NCBI GenBank assembly: GCA_050952645.1
Contig: JBMNLI010000012.1
Coordinates: 32,001-96,000 of the forward strand
Reading direction: 5' to 3'
DNA: 64,000 nucleotides
DNA from: Bdellovibrionota bacterium
GTDB lineage: Bacteria; Bdellovibrionota_C; UBA2361; CAKMMH01
A program made the position numbers and the translations under genes. The notes under the pieces were generated by a model. The model worked only from the letters and a program-made list of their open reading frames with translations. It made no database searches and was not told the DNA's origin. Positions 39,757 to 50,005 of the stretch are shown here, one piece after another. How positions within the stretch are numbered: the stretch's first letter is position 1; the number at the start of each line of letters is the position of its first letter.

Positions 39757-40458
39757 TTAACCTTCATAATCTATAAATAAAATATTTTTCTTATACGTAG
39801 GAACAAAAGAAAAAATAAAAGAAGGTGGTTCTTTTATTACAATTACATTACTCTTAGATTTTACCGTAATATTATTAGTGCTACTTTTAAAAATTACAAA
39901 ATACATTTGAGTAGGGTCGTTTCCTATGATATCGAGTATCTTTATATCGCCTAAAGAAATTATAAAAGAAACGTTTTGTGTAAGTATAATATTTTCTAGT
40001 GCAATATTCCCAGAAGAAATAAGTATAGCGGAGTTTAAAGGGAGCAAGGCTTTGTTCGAGACTATATTGCCTAAATAAGCGTTATGCTCAAATTTAGAAA
40101 TATTACAAAATTTTTCTGAGATAAAATCTTCATTCGCAAAAAAGGGTTTGCTTTCTTTACAAGTAAAAGAGTTTTTTAGTATCTTATTAAAATTAAATTT
40201 TAATTTATTATCAGCAGGATAAGTTTTTATTTTCTTACTTAAATTATTCTTAGGATTTAAATAATTATTAAACTCTTTTTCATTTAATTTATGGTTTTTT
40301 ATTATCTCTTCACTAGAAAGATATATTTTAAATGATAATAAAAATATAAACTCAATAATGATAATAAAAACGAGAACTACTATTAGAATAGTTCCTTTTT
40401 GATTTTTATTTTTAATTTTATTTGCAGTTTTATTTTCAATATCCATTTTTATACTCAT
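39757..40458 (-). CDS. PilX/GspK-like pseudopilin
   Basis: NQKG|TILIVVLVFIIII leader without Glu+5; last of four overlapping genes. Confidence 0.6.
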   Translation of the reverse strand: MSIKMDIENKTANKIKNKNQKGTILIVVLVFIIIIEFIFLLSFKIYLSSEEIIKNHKLNEKEFNNYLNPKNNLSKKIKTYPADNKLKFNFNKILKNSFTCKESKPFFANEDFISEKFCNISKFEHNAYLGNIVSNKALLPLNSAILISSGNIALENIILTQNVSFIISLGDIKILDIIGNDPTQMYFVIFKSSTNNITVKSKSNVIVIKEPPSFIFSFVPTYKKNILFIDYEG

Positions 40459-41317
40459 TTATATAGGCTATAAAGTTAAAAAAGTTATCACGAGCGAGCA
40501 AATTATCTAAAGAATAAATCATATCTTTTTTATCTTTTGCATAAATTTTTAATTTACAGAAAAGGGTATAAAAGCCATTATTTAATTTATGAGAAAAATT
40601 AATATTAGAAATGTTTTGCATTAGTGGTTGATTTTCAACTATTTTATTATTTTTATAAGTTACGAAACGCAGAGTTTTATTTTGTGCTAAGTATATAGTG
40701 TAAGTAGATGAGATGGGGATAAATGCAAGAAATTTTATATTACTCGGGGCTTTTTTAGTTAAGATGCTTTTAGAGTTAGAAACTTTTGCAATGTAGCAAT
40801 TTTTATCTTTAGTTAAATTTAATGATACCTCAAAAAAATCGTCGCTTGTTAAGGCTAGGAACGTTCTAACGGCATCTATATTAGTTTTCTTTTTGAAAAA
40901 TGGGCATATATAGAAAGTATTTTTAAAGTAATGATTAGTTTTTAATAAGTCTATACTTTCTAATTTAAGGTAAGTAATGGCGTCGCTATTTTTGTTTTTT
41001 GCTAAATCGTCTTTTCTTTTTGAAATTTCGCTAAGTGAGTTATCTTTATATCGAATGTCGCTACTGTGAATAATAGGGTATATATGGAAGCTATGGGCGT
41101 CTAAGTCTTTTATGATTTTTAATAATATATTATTAGTTTTAGAAGTGGCGTAAATTTTATGCAAAAACTTTTTTGCGTAGTATAAATCATTAAAGCTGAT
41201 TTTAGTTAAAATAGCTATGCTTGCTAAGATACTAGAGCTTAAAAATAGGCTTAAGAGTATTTCTAAGTATGTAAAGCCTTTATTGCAATGTTTTAATCTT
41301 ATAAGTAGTTTTGCCAT
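40436..41317 (-). CDS. PilW/GspJ-like pseudopilin
   Basis: NKG|FTYLEILLSL prepilin motif. Confidence 0.7.
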   Translation of the reverse strand: MAKLLIRLKHCNKGFTYLEILLSLFLSSSILASIAILTKISFNDLYYAKKFLHKIYATSKTNNILLKIIKDLDAHSFHIYPIIHSSDIRYKDNSLSEISKRKDDLAKNKNSDAITYLKLESIDLLKTNHYFKNTFYICPFFKKKTNIDAVRTFLALTSDDFFEVSLNLTKDKNCYIAKVSNSKSILTKKAPSNIKFLAFIPISSTYTIYLAQNKTLRFVTYKNNKIVENQPLMQNISNINFSHKLNNGFYTLFCKLKIYAKDKKDMIYSLDNLLARDNFFNFIAYINEYKNGY

Positions 41318-41525
41318 ATTTATTTTTGCATTTTAAAACGGTAAGTGAATTTACGTTTCTAGATGTGCATATATTTGAAGAGTTATCTAAAGTGTCTAAA
41401 AATTTTATTTTATTTTGAGTTTGAATTTTGTAATCTTTTAAAGATGAGTTTACTATGCATGGAACGATTAGTAGAAGCATTAAAAGTGCTATACAAAATT
41501 CCAAAAATATTATTCCTTTTTGCAT
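41280..41525 (-). CDS. PilV/GspI-like small pseudopilin
   Basis: MQKG|IIFLEFCIALLMLLL. Confidence 0.65.
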   Translation of the reverse strand: MQKGIIFLEFCIALLMLLLIVPCIVNSSLKDYKIQTQNKIKFLDTLDNSSNICTSRNVNSLTVLKCKNKYGKTTYKIKTLQ

Positions 41526-41899
41526 ACTTTTTTTATCTGCCCCCTTAAAGAAATTATTATTTTACAAGTATAGTTTTTTAGGCTTAAGTTTATAGTGCTA
41601 GGAGTGCAAGTTAAGTTTTTGCAGCAAACCTGCGTAGTCGTTGTAGTAAGCGAGATTTTTTTATCTACATTAAAAGTTTTTATTTTTGCTTTCGTTTCTT
41701 TATTAAATATGCTGATTTGTTTCCCTGCAGTTTTAAGACAAATATTCTTATTTTGATTTAAGCTTAGCAAACTTAAATTGTTAAAAATATTTTGTGCTTC
41801 AGCTTCTATGGTAAATTTATTTTTCATAGAAGCTAAATTTACGATTCCTAAAACTCCGATACTAGTAAATATAATTATAGTTATTATAGTTTGATTCAT
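41510..41899 (-). CDS. FimT/GspH-like pseudopilin (no clear leader)
   Basis: N-terminal TM; C-terminal TPSTI.L...C.IIISLRGQI; first gene of the cluster. Confidence 0.5.
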   Translation of the reverse strand: MNQTIITIIIFTSIGVLGIVNLASMKNKFTIEAEAQNIFNNLSLLSLNQNKNICLKTAGKQISIFNKETKAKIKTFNVDKKISLTTTTTQVCCKNLTCTPSTINLSLKNYTCKIIISLRGQIKKVCKKE

Positions 41900-41940
41900 A
41901 TAAAGTTATATCGAAAGTTTAGTAAAGAAAATTCTTTTTT

Positions 41941-42030
41941 TAAGGAAATATAGTTTTAAGGAAATAGTTTTAAGGAAATAGTTTAAAGGAAATAATTTAA
42001 AGCAAATAATTTTAAGAAACACAATTTAAA
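41941..42030. repeat. Degenerate tandem repeat
   Basis: taaggaaatagttt-type unit, about 5-6 copies. Confidence 0.7.
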
Positions 42031-42137
42031 GAAATAAAGAAAGGGGAATTCGATTTAAGTTTAAGTTTTTTTAAAATATTTTTAAGTTGGTCTTTAAGCT
42101 TTAGTAAAAATTAAAAGAAAAAATTTAAAAGAAGAAA

Positions 42138-42182
42138 TAGTCGAGGAAGGAACTAAAACTCCTTCCTCTTCTTCCTCGACTA
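42138..42182. terminator. Hairpin downstream of the 42279 gene
   Basis: tagtcgaggaag / cttcctcgacta perfect 12-bp inverted repeat. Confidence 0.65.
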
Positions 42183-42278
42183 GAGAATTAATGAGGTTAA
42201 ACCTTATTGTCTCTTTTTATGTGTCTATTTCTGAGAGAGCTTAAAACCTCCATGCTGCTAAAGTCGGTGAAAATTCCC

Positions 42279-42626
42279 TTAAGCGTTACGACGGCGACCA
42301 TTTTTTATCGCACGTTTCGTATTTCTCGGGCTTTCCCCAGCGATGAGTCCACTTTCTTCCAAGATGCGAAGCACGTGTTTGCAGATGTTTTTGCTGGTGA
42401 TGCCACGGTTTTTAAGCCAATCTCCAACTTCTCTTTTGGCAAACATCTTGTTAGGGTGTTCTTTTACAAGCTCACTAAAGAGTTTACGAGCTTGTTTCTT
42501 AGCGCTAGGATTTTCAGGGTTTCCATTGCGACTACTCTCCCTCCGACCATTCCCACTATTAGGAACCATCGTCGCATTAGAAACCATCATCGCCGCGCCC
42601 GAATTAACGCTTCCAGTAGCATTCAT
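42279..42626 (-). CDS. Basic hypothetical protein, possibly winged helix
   Basis: AAGGTG then ATG 42626; LFSELVKEHP...KREVGDWL...HVLRILEESGLI; terminator downstream. Confidence 0.5.
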   Translation of the reverse strand: MNATGSVNSGAAMMVSNATMVPNSGNGRRESSRNGNPENPSAKKQARKLFSELVKEHPNKMFAKREVGDWLKNRGITSKNICKHVLRILEESGLIAGESPRNTKRAIKNGRRRNA

Positions 42627-42848
42627 GTTTTTCACCTTTTCTTTCTGTTGTGAAAATAGCCTATCAAAGACCATTCTTTTTAGGCTATTTTTGAAGCATC
42701 TTTTAAATATAGCAAACTTTTGATATTATGCAAATATATAATTTGCTTTAAAGGTAAAAAATTATTTAGAATTTTAATTAGTTATAAAAAATTTTATTTT
42801 TTATAAGAATATTTTTAATTTTTCCTAAAATAAGTATAATAATTTTCT

Positions 42849-43913
42849 ATGGAGAAAATAAAATATATATTAGGAATTGAAACTAGTTGCGATGATACGG
42901 GCGTTGCTATATGTAAAATAGAAGGTAAAAAAATAACGCTAATAGATGCAATGTTATCTTCTCAGATAGATATCCATAAAGAATACGGAGGTGTAGTCCC
43001 CGAGGTAGCTTCAAGACTTCATTTAGAAAACTTGCCAATATTATTTAAGGAAATTTTAAATAGAAATAATATAACTAAAGAGATGCTTGACGCTATAGGA
43101 GTAACTCAAGGTCCAGGGTTAAAAGGTTCGCTTTTAATGGGAATGAATTACTCTAAAGGTTTGAGTTTCGCTTTAAATAAACCTCTAATAGGTGTTAATC
43201 ATATTAAAGCACATATCATGGCAGCCTTACTAGATAATCAAGAGTTATCATTTCCCTTTCTTGCCGTTGTGGTTTCAGGGGGGCACACAGAGATAATAAG
43301 CGCTAACTCGCTTAGCGATATGAAAGTTTTAACTAAAACTATAGATGATGCAGCTGGTGAGGCATTCGATAAATCTGCTAGCCTTTTAGGTTTCGATTAC
43401 CCGGGAGGAGCTTCGCTTTCACGCCTTGCAGATACAGTTTCGGATGCTTACAAAGGAACAGTGAGTTCTAATAACTTAAAAGAAATAAAAAGCAAGTTTG
43501 CACTTCCTAAAGTTATGAGAGAGGCTAAAGGGTTTAGCTTTTCAGGACTTAAAACTGCCATTTCTCTTCTAGTAAAAAAATATCAAGATGAGCTTCAAGA
43601 TGAAAATATAAAAGCGTGCCTCTGTTATGCTATACAAGATGCAATAGTAGATGCTATAATTTATAAAACTAAAAAAATACTAAAAACGCCAAGCTATAAA
43701 AATTATAAAAACGTAGTACTCGCTGGGGGAGTAGCCGCTAATAAATGTTTAAGAAAAAGATTTGAAAATTTACAAGGCGTAAATTTATATCTTCCAGATT
43801 TTAAACATTGCCAAGATAATGGAGCCATGGTCGCTTACTTAGCTTCAAAAATGTATTTAGAAAATGATTTTATTTCTCTCGATGCGAAAGTATATCCTAG
43901 ATGGGAATTGTAA
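42849..43913 (+). CDS. tsaD: tRNA threonylcarbamoyltransferase
   Basis: LGIETSCDDT, YGGVVPEVASRLH, VSGGHT, DDAAGEAFDK, FSFSGLKTA, DNGAMV. Confidence 0.97.
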   Translation: MEKIKYILGIETSCDDTGVAICKIEGKKITLIDAMLSSQIDIHKEYGGVVPEVASRLHLENLPILFKEILNRNNITKEMLDAIGVTQGPGLKGSLLMGMNYSKGLSFALNKPLIGVNHIKAHIMAALLDNQELSFPFLAVVVSGGHTEIISANSLSDMKVLTKTIDDAAGEAFDKSASLLGFDYPGGASLSRLADTVSDAYKGTVSSNNLKEIKSKFALPKVMREAKGFSFSGLKTAISLLVKKYQDELQDENIKACLCYAIQDAIVDAIIYKTKKILKTPSYKNYKNVVLAGGVAANKCLRKRFENLQGVNLYLPDFKHCQDNGAMVAYLASKMYLENDFISLDAKVYPRWEL

Positions 43914-43916
43914 TTT

Positions 43917-44744
43917 ATGTATGTAAAAGAAAAATTAAAAGAACTAGACGTTAGAGCTTCAAAAGCTAGAGGACAAAATTTCGTAATAAACGATAGGCTA
44001 ATAGAAAATATAATGAGCTTTGCTAATCTTAATGAGGATGAAAATATTATTGAAATAGGGCCAGGGCTTGGTGCTTTAACTAAAGAGCTTTATAAATTTA
44101 AAAATTTAAAAGTTATAGAAATAGAAGAAAAATTTGCTGAAGATTTAAAAAAAAGATTTCCTAATTTAGAAATTATAAATAAAGATGTTAGAAGCGTTTC
44201 TCTGTCGGATTTTGGAGATAATTTAACAATTTTAGGGAATTTACCCTATTCATTTTCTTCAGATATCATTTCTCATCTTATCGCTTACGCTCCGTATATA
44301 AATAGGGCAATTTTGCTTTTGCAAAAAGAGTTTGCGATGCGTCTAGCTGCAAGCCCGAGCACGAAATCTTACGGCTCTTTGTCCGTAGCTTGTCAACTAT
44401 GGGCAGAGCCAAGGCTTGGTGCCGTTTTTAAGGGAGGTTCTTTTCATCCCCCCACAAAAGTAGACTCGCAAATAATAGAGCTTAAATTTTATAAAGACAC
44501 TAGGTTTAACGTCAAAGATGCTTTTTGGCTTCAGCGTTTCGTTAGAGCATGCTTTTCAAAGCGAAGAAAAAAAATTATAAATAGCTTGAAGTCGACTTCC
44601 ATCTTTCCAATAGATAAATTAGAGCAAGCTTTTAAAGATACTAATATAGACGGCAATCGTAGACCTGAAACTTTTTCTATACAAGAGTTTATCACTCTTT
44701 CTGAAGCATTTGGAAAAATTTTATACGATATAGAGAAAAAATAA
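43917..44744 (+). CDS. rsmA: 16S rRNA dimethyltransferase KsgA
   Basis: GQNF, EIGPGLGALT, GNLPY, QKEFA.RL, F.PP.KVDS. Confidence 0.96.
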   Translation: MYVKEKLKELDVRASKARGQNFVINDRLIENIMSFANLNEDENIIEIGPGLGALTKELYKFKNLKVIEIEEKFAEDLKKRFPNLEIINKDVRSVSLSDFGDNLTILGNLPYSFSSDIISHLIAYAPYINRAILLLQKEFAMRLAASPSTKSYGSLSVACQLWAEPRLGAVFKGGSFHPPTKVDSQIIELKFYKDTRFNVKDAFWLQRFVRACFSKRRKKIINSLKSTSIFPIDKLEQAFKDTNIDGNRRPETFSIQEFITLSEAFGKILYDIEKK

Positions 44745-44849
44745 AAAACTATAAAAATATTTTATAAATATAATATATCTTTTTAAATCGGGTAAAAATA
44801 GTATAATAAGACCGTTATCGTTTAGTCTTTTTTAAAAGGAAAAATTTTT

Positions 44850-46301
44850 GTGAATAATAGTTTAAGTGATAATTGCCTTGAAGGGCTGTATAAAGAAATA
44901 TCAGAAAAAATAAAGTGTGAAATAAATGAAAAGGGTGGCACTTTAATAAACTTTAATCCGATAAAGCTTGATTTTTGCGACGATGTAGAGGCAGGAGATT
45001 TAAGGCAATCGGACTATTTAAAAAACGTAAATATCGGATACACCTATCCTATGGGGCTTATGAATTTAAACAACGTGTCAACGCCAAGAAAGGGGATAGT
45101 CGGAAAGGTTATATTAAAAACAAAGCGAAGAATTAAAAAGTTCCTAGTAGGAATTTTAGATGAATATCTTAAAGCGGAAAAAGAGCAAAATGAAAATATA
45201 GTTTGTTTTTTAAATGAAGTGCCGAGATACGTAGATAAGAGAGATAATTATATATTTTTAGAGTTAATAAGAAAAGTCGATAGCGATTTATGCACTCTTA
45301 ATAAAAAAATAGAAGAACTCGCAGATAAACAATGGGTATTAGAAGAGAGCGTTCAAGAAAAACTAGAAACCTACCATAAAGATTATAATGTAAATTTTGT
45401 AAATGAAACTAAGGCTAGAGACAATCATACTCAAATAAGACTTAATACTCTTTTTTCTATCGTAGAAGAATTAGAAAGGATAATAAAGAGTTTTTCTAAA
45501 GAGCAAAAAGATAGTTTTAGTAAAGATAATAATAATAATAATAATAATAATGATAATAATGATAATGATAATAATAACGAAAGAATACTTTTAGGTGATG
45601 TAGATTACGGTTATCTGTTCCACGAGCTTAAGTTTAGGGGGAGTAGTAAGGATATTAAGGAAAGGCAAAGAGTTTATATAGATATAATAAAAGAAATCGA
45701 TATTAAAAATGGTGATGTAATAGACATAGGCGCCGGGAGAGGTGAGCTTTTAGAGCTACTAAAAGAAAATAATATAGATGCAATAGGCGTTGAAACTGAT
45801 GATGGAATGCTAGATGTCTTAAATGAAAAAAATTTAAAAGCTATAAAATCAGATGGACTATCTTACTTAAAATCATTAAAAGATGGTGAAGTGCCTTGTA
45901 TTATCGCTCTTCAAGTAGTAGAGCATTTATCGTTTGATTATTTACATAGTCTTATAAATGAAGCAAATAGAGTGCTAATAAAAGGAGGAAAACTTATATT
46001 AGAAACTATAAATCCACTTTCATTTTTCGCTTTAACATCTAGCTTTTTTAAAGACTATACTCATAAGTGGCCTATTCACCCCGATGTTCTAGAGCAATTT
46101 TTAAAGCTAGGCGGCTTTCAAAAAGTAGATAGTTTAAAATTATCTAAGGTTCCTAATGAGGTCTCGCTAAAAAATATAGAGATAAGCGAGTTTATGCCAC
46201 CTAGCCAAGTTAATTTTGTAAAAGAATACAATGATAATATCTCTAAATTAAATAATCTTTTGTATGGATTTCAAGATTACGCACTTATAGCAAGAAAGTA
46301 A
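44850..46301 (+). CDS. Coiled-coil class I SAM methyltransferase (glycan-associated type) with Asn microsatellite
   Basis: FRGS...IKERQ..Y, DIGAGRGE, QVVEHL, LETINP, F..D.TH; (aat)n at ~45526-45577. Confidence 0.8.
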   Translation: MNNSLSDNCLEGLYKEISEKIKCEINEKGGTLINFNPIKLDFCDDVEAGDLRQSDYLKNVNIGYTYPMGLMNLNNVSTPRKGIVGKVILKTKRRIKKFLVGILDEYLKAEKEQNENIVCFLNEVPRYVDKRDNYIFLELIRKVDSDLCTLNKKIEELADKQWVLEESVQEKLETYHKDYNVNFVNETKARDNHTQIRLNTLFSIVEELERIIKSFSKEQKDSFSKDNNNNNNNNDNNDNDNNNERILLGDVDYGYLFHELKFRGSSKDIKERQRVYIDIIKEIDIKNGDVIDIGAGRGELLELLKENNIDAIGVETDDGMLDVLNEKNLKAIKSDGLSYLKSLKDGEVPCIIALQVVEHLSFDYLHSLINEANRVLIKGGKLILETINPLSFFALTSSFFKDYTHKWPIHPDVLEQFLKLGGFQKVDSLKLSKVPNEVSLKNIEISEFMPPSQVNFVKEYNDNISKLNNLLYGFQDYALIARK

Positions 46302-46371
46302 AAGAAATCAAAAGTAAGTAAAAAAGATAGTAAAAAAGTAAGCGAAAAAAAGTAAAAAATATTTAGTTTTT

Positions 46372-46386
46372 TGGTATACCATTTGC
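46372..46386 (+). promoter_or_regulatory. sigma54 promoter of flgKL
   Basis: TGGTAT-ACCAT-TTGC matches TGGCAC-N5-TTGC spacing exactly. Confidence 0.65.
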
Positions 46387-46450
46387 AATATCTATTTAAA
46401 AATGTTTTAAACGGAAAGATTTTCCTATTTTATTTTTTTTGGATATTGCT

Positions 46451-48097
46451 ATGGCTTATAATTACGGTTCAAGAATTTTAAACAATGCTGTTAGTGGTTT
46501 ACACGCTCAACAAGGAGTTATAGCGACTACTGGTAATAATATAGCAAACGTCGATACGGAAGGATACACGAGACGAGTTGCAAGAATAACGAACAGAACG
46601 GAGGAAAATTCTGCCTCACTTCGTATAGGAAATGGGGTAGAGATAGGAGAAATTCAAAGATACTCAGATGCATACATAGAGGGCAAATTAAGGGATGCGT
46701 TAGCTTTTAAAGAAAAAGGAGCTACTGAAGATGAATTTGTAAGTCGCATAGAGTCGCTGTTTGATTTAACGGGCGAGTCTCAAACTATTGGAAGCTCTTT
46801 AACCGCTTTTTATAGTGCTATAGATGATTTAAGTGTTAATCCATCAAATATAGAGCTAAGAACTAATCTATTAGAAAGCGCAAAGACTTTAATAAGCTCT
46901 ATAAAGTCGACTTATGAAGCAGTGGCGGCTCTTCAAGATGAAGCGGATGTTAGGATTGCAAATGAGTTAAATACTGTAAATGCACTTACTAGGTCTATTG
47001 CTAATTTAAATTTAAGAATATCATCTATCGAAAGGTCGGGGATTAATCATGCTTTTGATGAAAGAGATGAGAGAGATAAATTGCTTTTAGATTTATCTGA
47101 AAAGATAGACTACGATTTGATAGAAAATAGTGATGGCTCGGTTACCGTTTCTCTTTCTAATGGTTTCTATTTAGTTCATAGTGGAAATTACCATGAACTT
47201 TCCGTAGATAAAACTCCAAGCTTTTTAAAAGGAAATCTCCCTGCTGAGTCGCTTTCTGGTGGAAATTTAAGCTATATTACTTATGATTATAGTTATGGAG
47301 CAGGAACTGGAGATATAAATTTAACTAATATTATAGCTAGAGGCGGTGGTTCTATCGCTGGGCTTTTAAATGTAAGAGGTGTTCAATCACCTACAGACGA
47401 TTCGCCTTTTGATGCAAACGGTCATTTAGTCGATATAGCACAAAGGATAGAGGGAGTTACGAGAAATTTACTTACGAGATTTAACGAGGTTTACTTAGGA
47501 CCAGATCCTCAAAATGGTTTATTTTCAGGCGATTTAGATGGTAATAATCCTGCTACTTTTGGTTTTTTTACATTTGCTGGAGCTACTGATTTTGATGGAG
47601 ATAACATACCGACTAACGCAGATTTAGATGCGACTTTAACTAACATTCATTCTTATTCTAGATATTTAGAGCTTGGCGTTAAAAATGCTAGAAATATTGC
47701 TGCTGCATATCCAAGCGAGGTTTCTCTTGGTGTTTATGAATACGCCCCTGGGGATTCTAGAAACTTATCTGCTATTTCAGATCTTAAAAATGATAAGACC
47801 ATGGTATTTAATGTGCCACAAGGAAACGGGACGTATTCTTTTATGGGAACTTTTGAAGAGTCCTATCATGAGATGGTAAACTTTGTAGGAAATTTAAGAT
47901 CTAGAACTATGGTAAATAAATCTGTAAGTGAAGATAAGTATATTTCGACGCTTAATGAACACGACCAAGTGTCTGCCGTAAGTCTAGATGAAGAATACAC
48001 TAGACTTATAACTGCACAACAATCTTACCAAGCTTCTGCAAGAATGATTAGAATAGCACAAGAATTATTTGATGAGATTATCGCTATGTATTCATAG
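46451..48097 (+). CDS. flgK: Flagellar hook-associated protein 1
   Basis: SGL.AQQ..I.TTGNNIANVDTEGYTR; C-terminal VSAVSLDEE...LI..QQSYQASARMI. Confidence 0.93.
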   Translation: MAYNYGSRILNNAVSGLHAQQGVIATTGNNIANVDTEGYTRRVARITNRTEENSASLRIGNGVEIGEIQRYSDAYIEGKLRDALAFKEKGATEDEFVSRIESLFDLTGESQTIGSSLTAFYSAIDDLSVNPSNIELRTNLLESAKTLISSIKSTYEAVAALQDEADVRIANELNTVNALTRSIANLNLRISSIERSGINHAFDERDERDKLLLDLSEKIDYDLIENSDGSVTVSLSNGFYLVHSGNYHELSVDKTPSFLKGNLPAESLSGGNLSYITYDYSYGAGTGDINLTNIIARGGGSIAGLLNVRGVQSPTDDSPFDANGHLVDIAQRIEGVTRNLLTRFNEVYLGPDPQNGLFSGDLDGNNPATFGFFTFAGATDFDGDNIPTNADLDATLTNIHSYSRYLELGVKNARNIAAAYPSEVSLGVYEYAPGDSRNLSAISDLKNDKTMVFNVPQGNGTYSFMGTFEESYHEMVNFVGNLRSRTMVNKSVSEDKYISTLNEHDQVSAVSLDEEYTRLITAQQSYQASARMIRIAQELFDEIIAMYS

Positions 48098-48149
48098 CGT
48101 TAAAATATTTTAATATTTTATATAAAGATTTTTAAAGGATAAATTTTTT

Positions 48150-49151
48150 ATGAGAGTAACTGAATCGCAAACGAGAAGAACGTTAGTTTCACAAATTACT
48201 ACAAATAGATTAAATGTCGATAAGTATAGTAATCAAGTGACTACAGGGCTAAGCGTGCAAGAGCCTGGGGACTCTAAACAGTCTGGCACGATTTCAAGAT
48301 TTAATGAGAGTTATAATAGAAACGAATCTCATATTCAAAGAATATCGATGGTAAAATCGCTTTTAGAATACCAAGAAGGGATAGTAACCTCTCTTAGTGA
48401 TTACGTTATTCGTGCTAAAGAGCTAGCTGCGCAAGGCGCTAATGAAACTTATGGAGTAGAAAAGAGGCGTGCTTTAGCAAGCGAGGTTTTTGCGATGCGA
48501 GATAGTGTTGTATCTTTAGCAAACTCTAAATATCAAGGTGTTTACATATATGGCTCGGCCGATGATGACGACCCTCCTTATGATAGGGTGGCAGACTACG
48601 TGCCTGCATCTAACGGGTTGGCCGATGAAAGGTATGCTTTCGATAAAGAGGCTGGAACGGATGTGGTAAAGCAAGTCGTTATTACGGACTCGCTTACCAT
48701 TAACGTATCTACTAGAGGAGATAAGATTTTTGATAATCTTATAACTTCTTTAGAAAGATTAGGAAGAACTCTATCTGGATATAAAACTGATGTAGATGCT
48801 GATGGCAAGTCCTTAGGAACTGGCGATCCTTACGACTTTGAAAATGATTATAAGAATGCTTACACACAGCAAACTGAAGATATAAGAAAATGTTTAGACT
48901 TAGTAAATAAGTCTAGCACTGAAGATATTTTACCTGAACAAGCAAGCCTTGCAGGAAGACTTACTAGGCTAGATATTTCTAAATCGATTTTAAATATTAC
49001 TAACACATCTACTAAAGAGGCTTTATCTACGCTCCAAGAGGTAGATGCTTATGAGGCTGCTTCAAATTTAGTTAATGCTCAAACTGCACTTAATGCATCT
49101 TTTTTGGTAACTAGTAGAATTTTAAGGCTAAGTTTTTTAGATTATATTTAA
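48150..49151 (+). CDS. flgL: Flagellar hook-associated protein 3
   Basis: MRVT, QVTTG, LANSKYQGVYIYG, LSFLDYI; follows flgK. Confidence 0.9.
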   Translation: MRVTESQTRRTLVSQITTNRLNVDKYSNQVTTGLSVQEPGDSKQSGTISRFNESYNRNESHIQRISMVKSLLEYQEGIVTSLSDYVIRAKELAAQGANETYGVEKRRALASEVFAMRDSVVSLANSKYQGVYIYGSADDDDPPYDRVADYVPASNGLADERYAFDKEAGTDVVKQVVITDSLTINVSTRGDKIFDNLITSLERLGRTLSGYKTDVDADGKSLGTGDPYDFENDYKNAYTQQTEDIRKCLDLVNKSSTEDILPEQASLAGRLTRLDISKSILNITNTSTKEALSTLQEVDAYEAASNLVNAQTALNASFLVTSRILRLSFLDYI

Positions 49152-49237
49152 AGTATATTTTAAAGCGGTATCTGTTATTTTTTTAATTATTTAGTTCTTA
49201 ATTATATTCTTTAATTATGTTTTTTTAATTATGTTCC

Positions 49238-49723
49238 TTAATTATAAAGCATTCCCGATGTGGCGGTTTGGAGTGCGTTTTTATATCTAATAATTTCTTG
49301 GTTAAGTGAGTTAACGTCATCTATATTTCTTAATGTAATTTCGATTTCTGATGTGCTAGCAGTAGAGATTTGAAGGTCGCCATATCCAACTAAGCGTCCT
49401 AAAATGGTTTGGTTAGTCTTTATTTCTCTAATATCTATATAGTTGATAGTATTTCTAGTTAAATGAAAAGAGATTATGCCTTGAACGGAAATGATTTTAT
49501 CGGAGTGGATAACGTACTTATCGTTAAAATATCTTCTAATTACCTCTAGAACGCATATCGCCATTAAGACGTAATACACGGCATCTATTTGAACATTGCC
49601 AATTTTACAATCGACTGCGCAAGTTGCGATAGCATAAATGTAAAGAAAGGAAATTGGTAATGTAGCAAAAATAAAAAACAATAGTAGTGCTTTTATAGAT
49701 GGGCGAACCGTTTTTATTTTCAT
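49238..49723 (-). CDS. Bacterial PH-domain membrane protein
   Basis: Two TMs, then Y.I....I....GI, I.Y.DIREI...QTILGRLVGYGDLQISTA. Confidence 0.75.
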   Translation of the reverse strand: MKIKTVRPSIKALLLFFIFATLPISFLYIYAIATCAVDCKIGNVQIDAVYYVLMAICVLEVIRRYFNDKYVIHSDKIISVQGIISFHLTRNTINYIDIREIKTNQTILGRLVGYGDLQISTASTSEIEITLRNIDDVNSLNQEIIRYKNALQTATSGMLYN

Positions 49724-49932
49724 AAGTGAAATATTATATTATCTATTATTTTATGCAAGTAATCTTTTATAATCTTTACGTTTTATTTGTATTCTTTCTT
49801 TTTAATTCAAATATCGTTTTTATTAAGTTTTTTATTAACTTTTTTAAAATGATTTAAACTTTAATAATTCTTTTTATTCTCGTTTAAGCCTTGCAAAAAA
49901 AATAATTTTATTGTATAAATTTTTAACATTAT

Positions 49933-50005
49933 GCACCAATAGCTCAGCTGGTAGAGCAGGAGACTCTTAATCTCTTGGTCGTGGGTTCGAATCCCCCTTG
50001 GTGCA
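49933..50005 (+). tRNA. tRNA-Lys(CTT), CCA not encoded
   Basis: gcaccaa/ttggtgc acceptor, gctc-agctggta-gagc D arm, ctCTTaa loop, ttcgaat T loop. Confidence 0.93.

Noticed and set aside
41941..42030. CRISPR-like appearance of intergenic repeats here and elsewhere
   Set aside because: Units are 12-16 bp, directly tandem, with no spacers and no cas genes
42207..42723. Two + strand ORFs
   Set aside because: They overlap the minus-strand gene, which has the RBS and terminator; no RBS of their own
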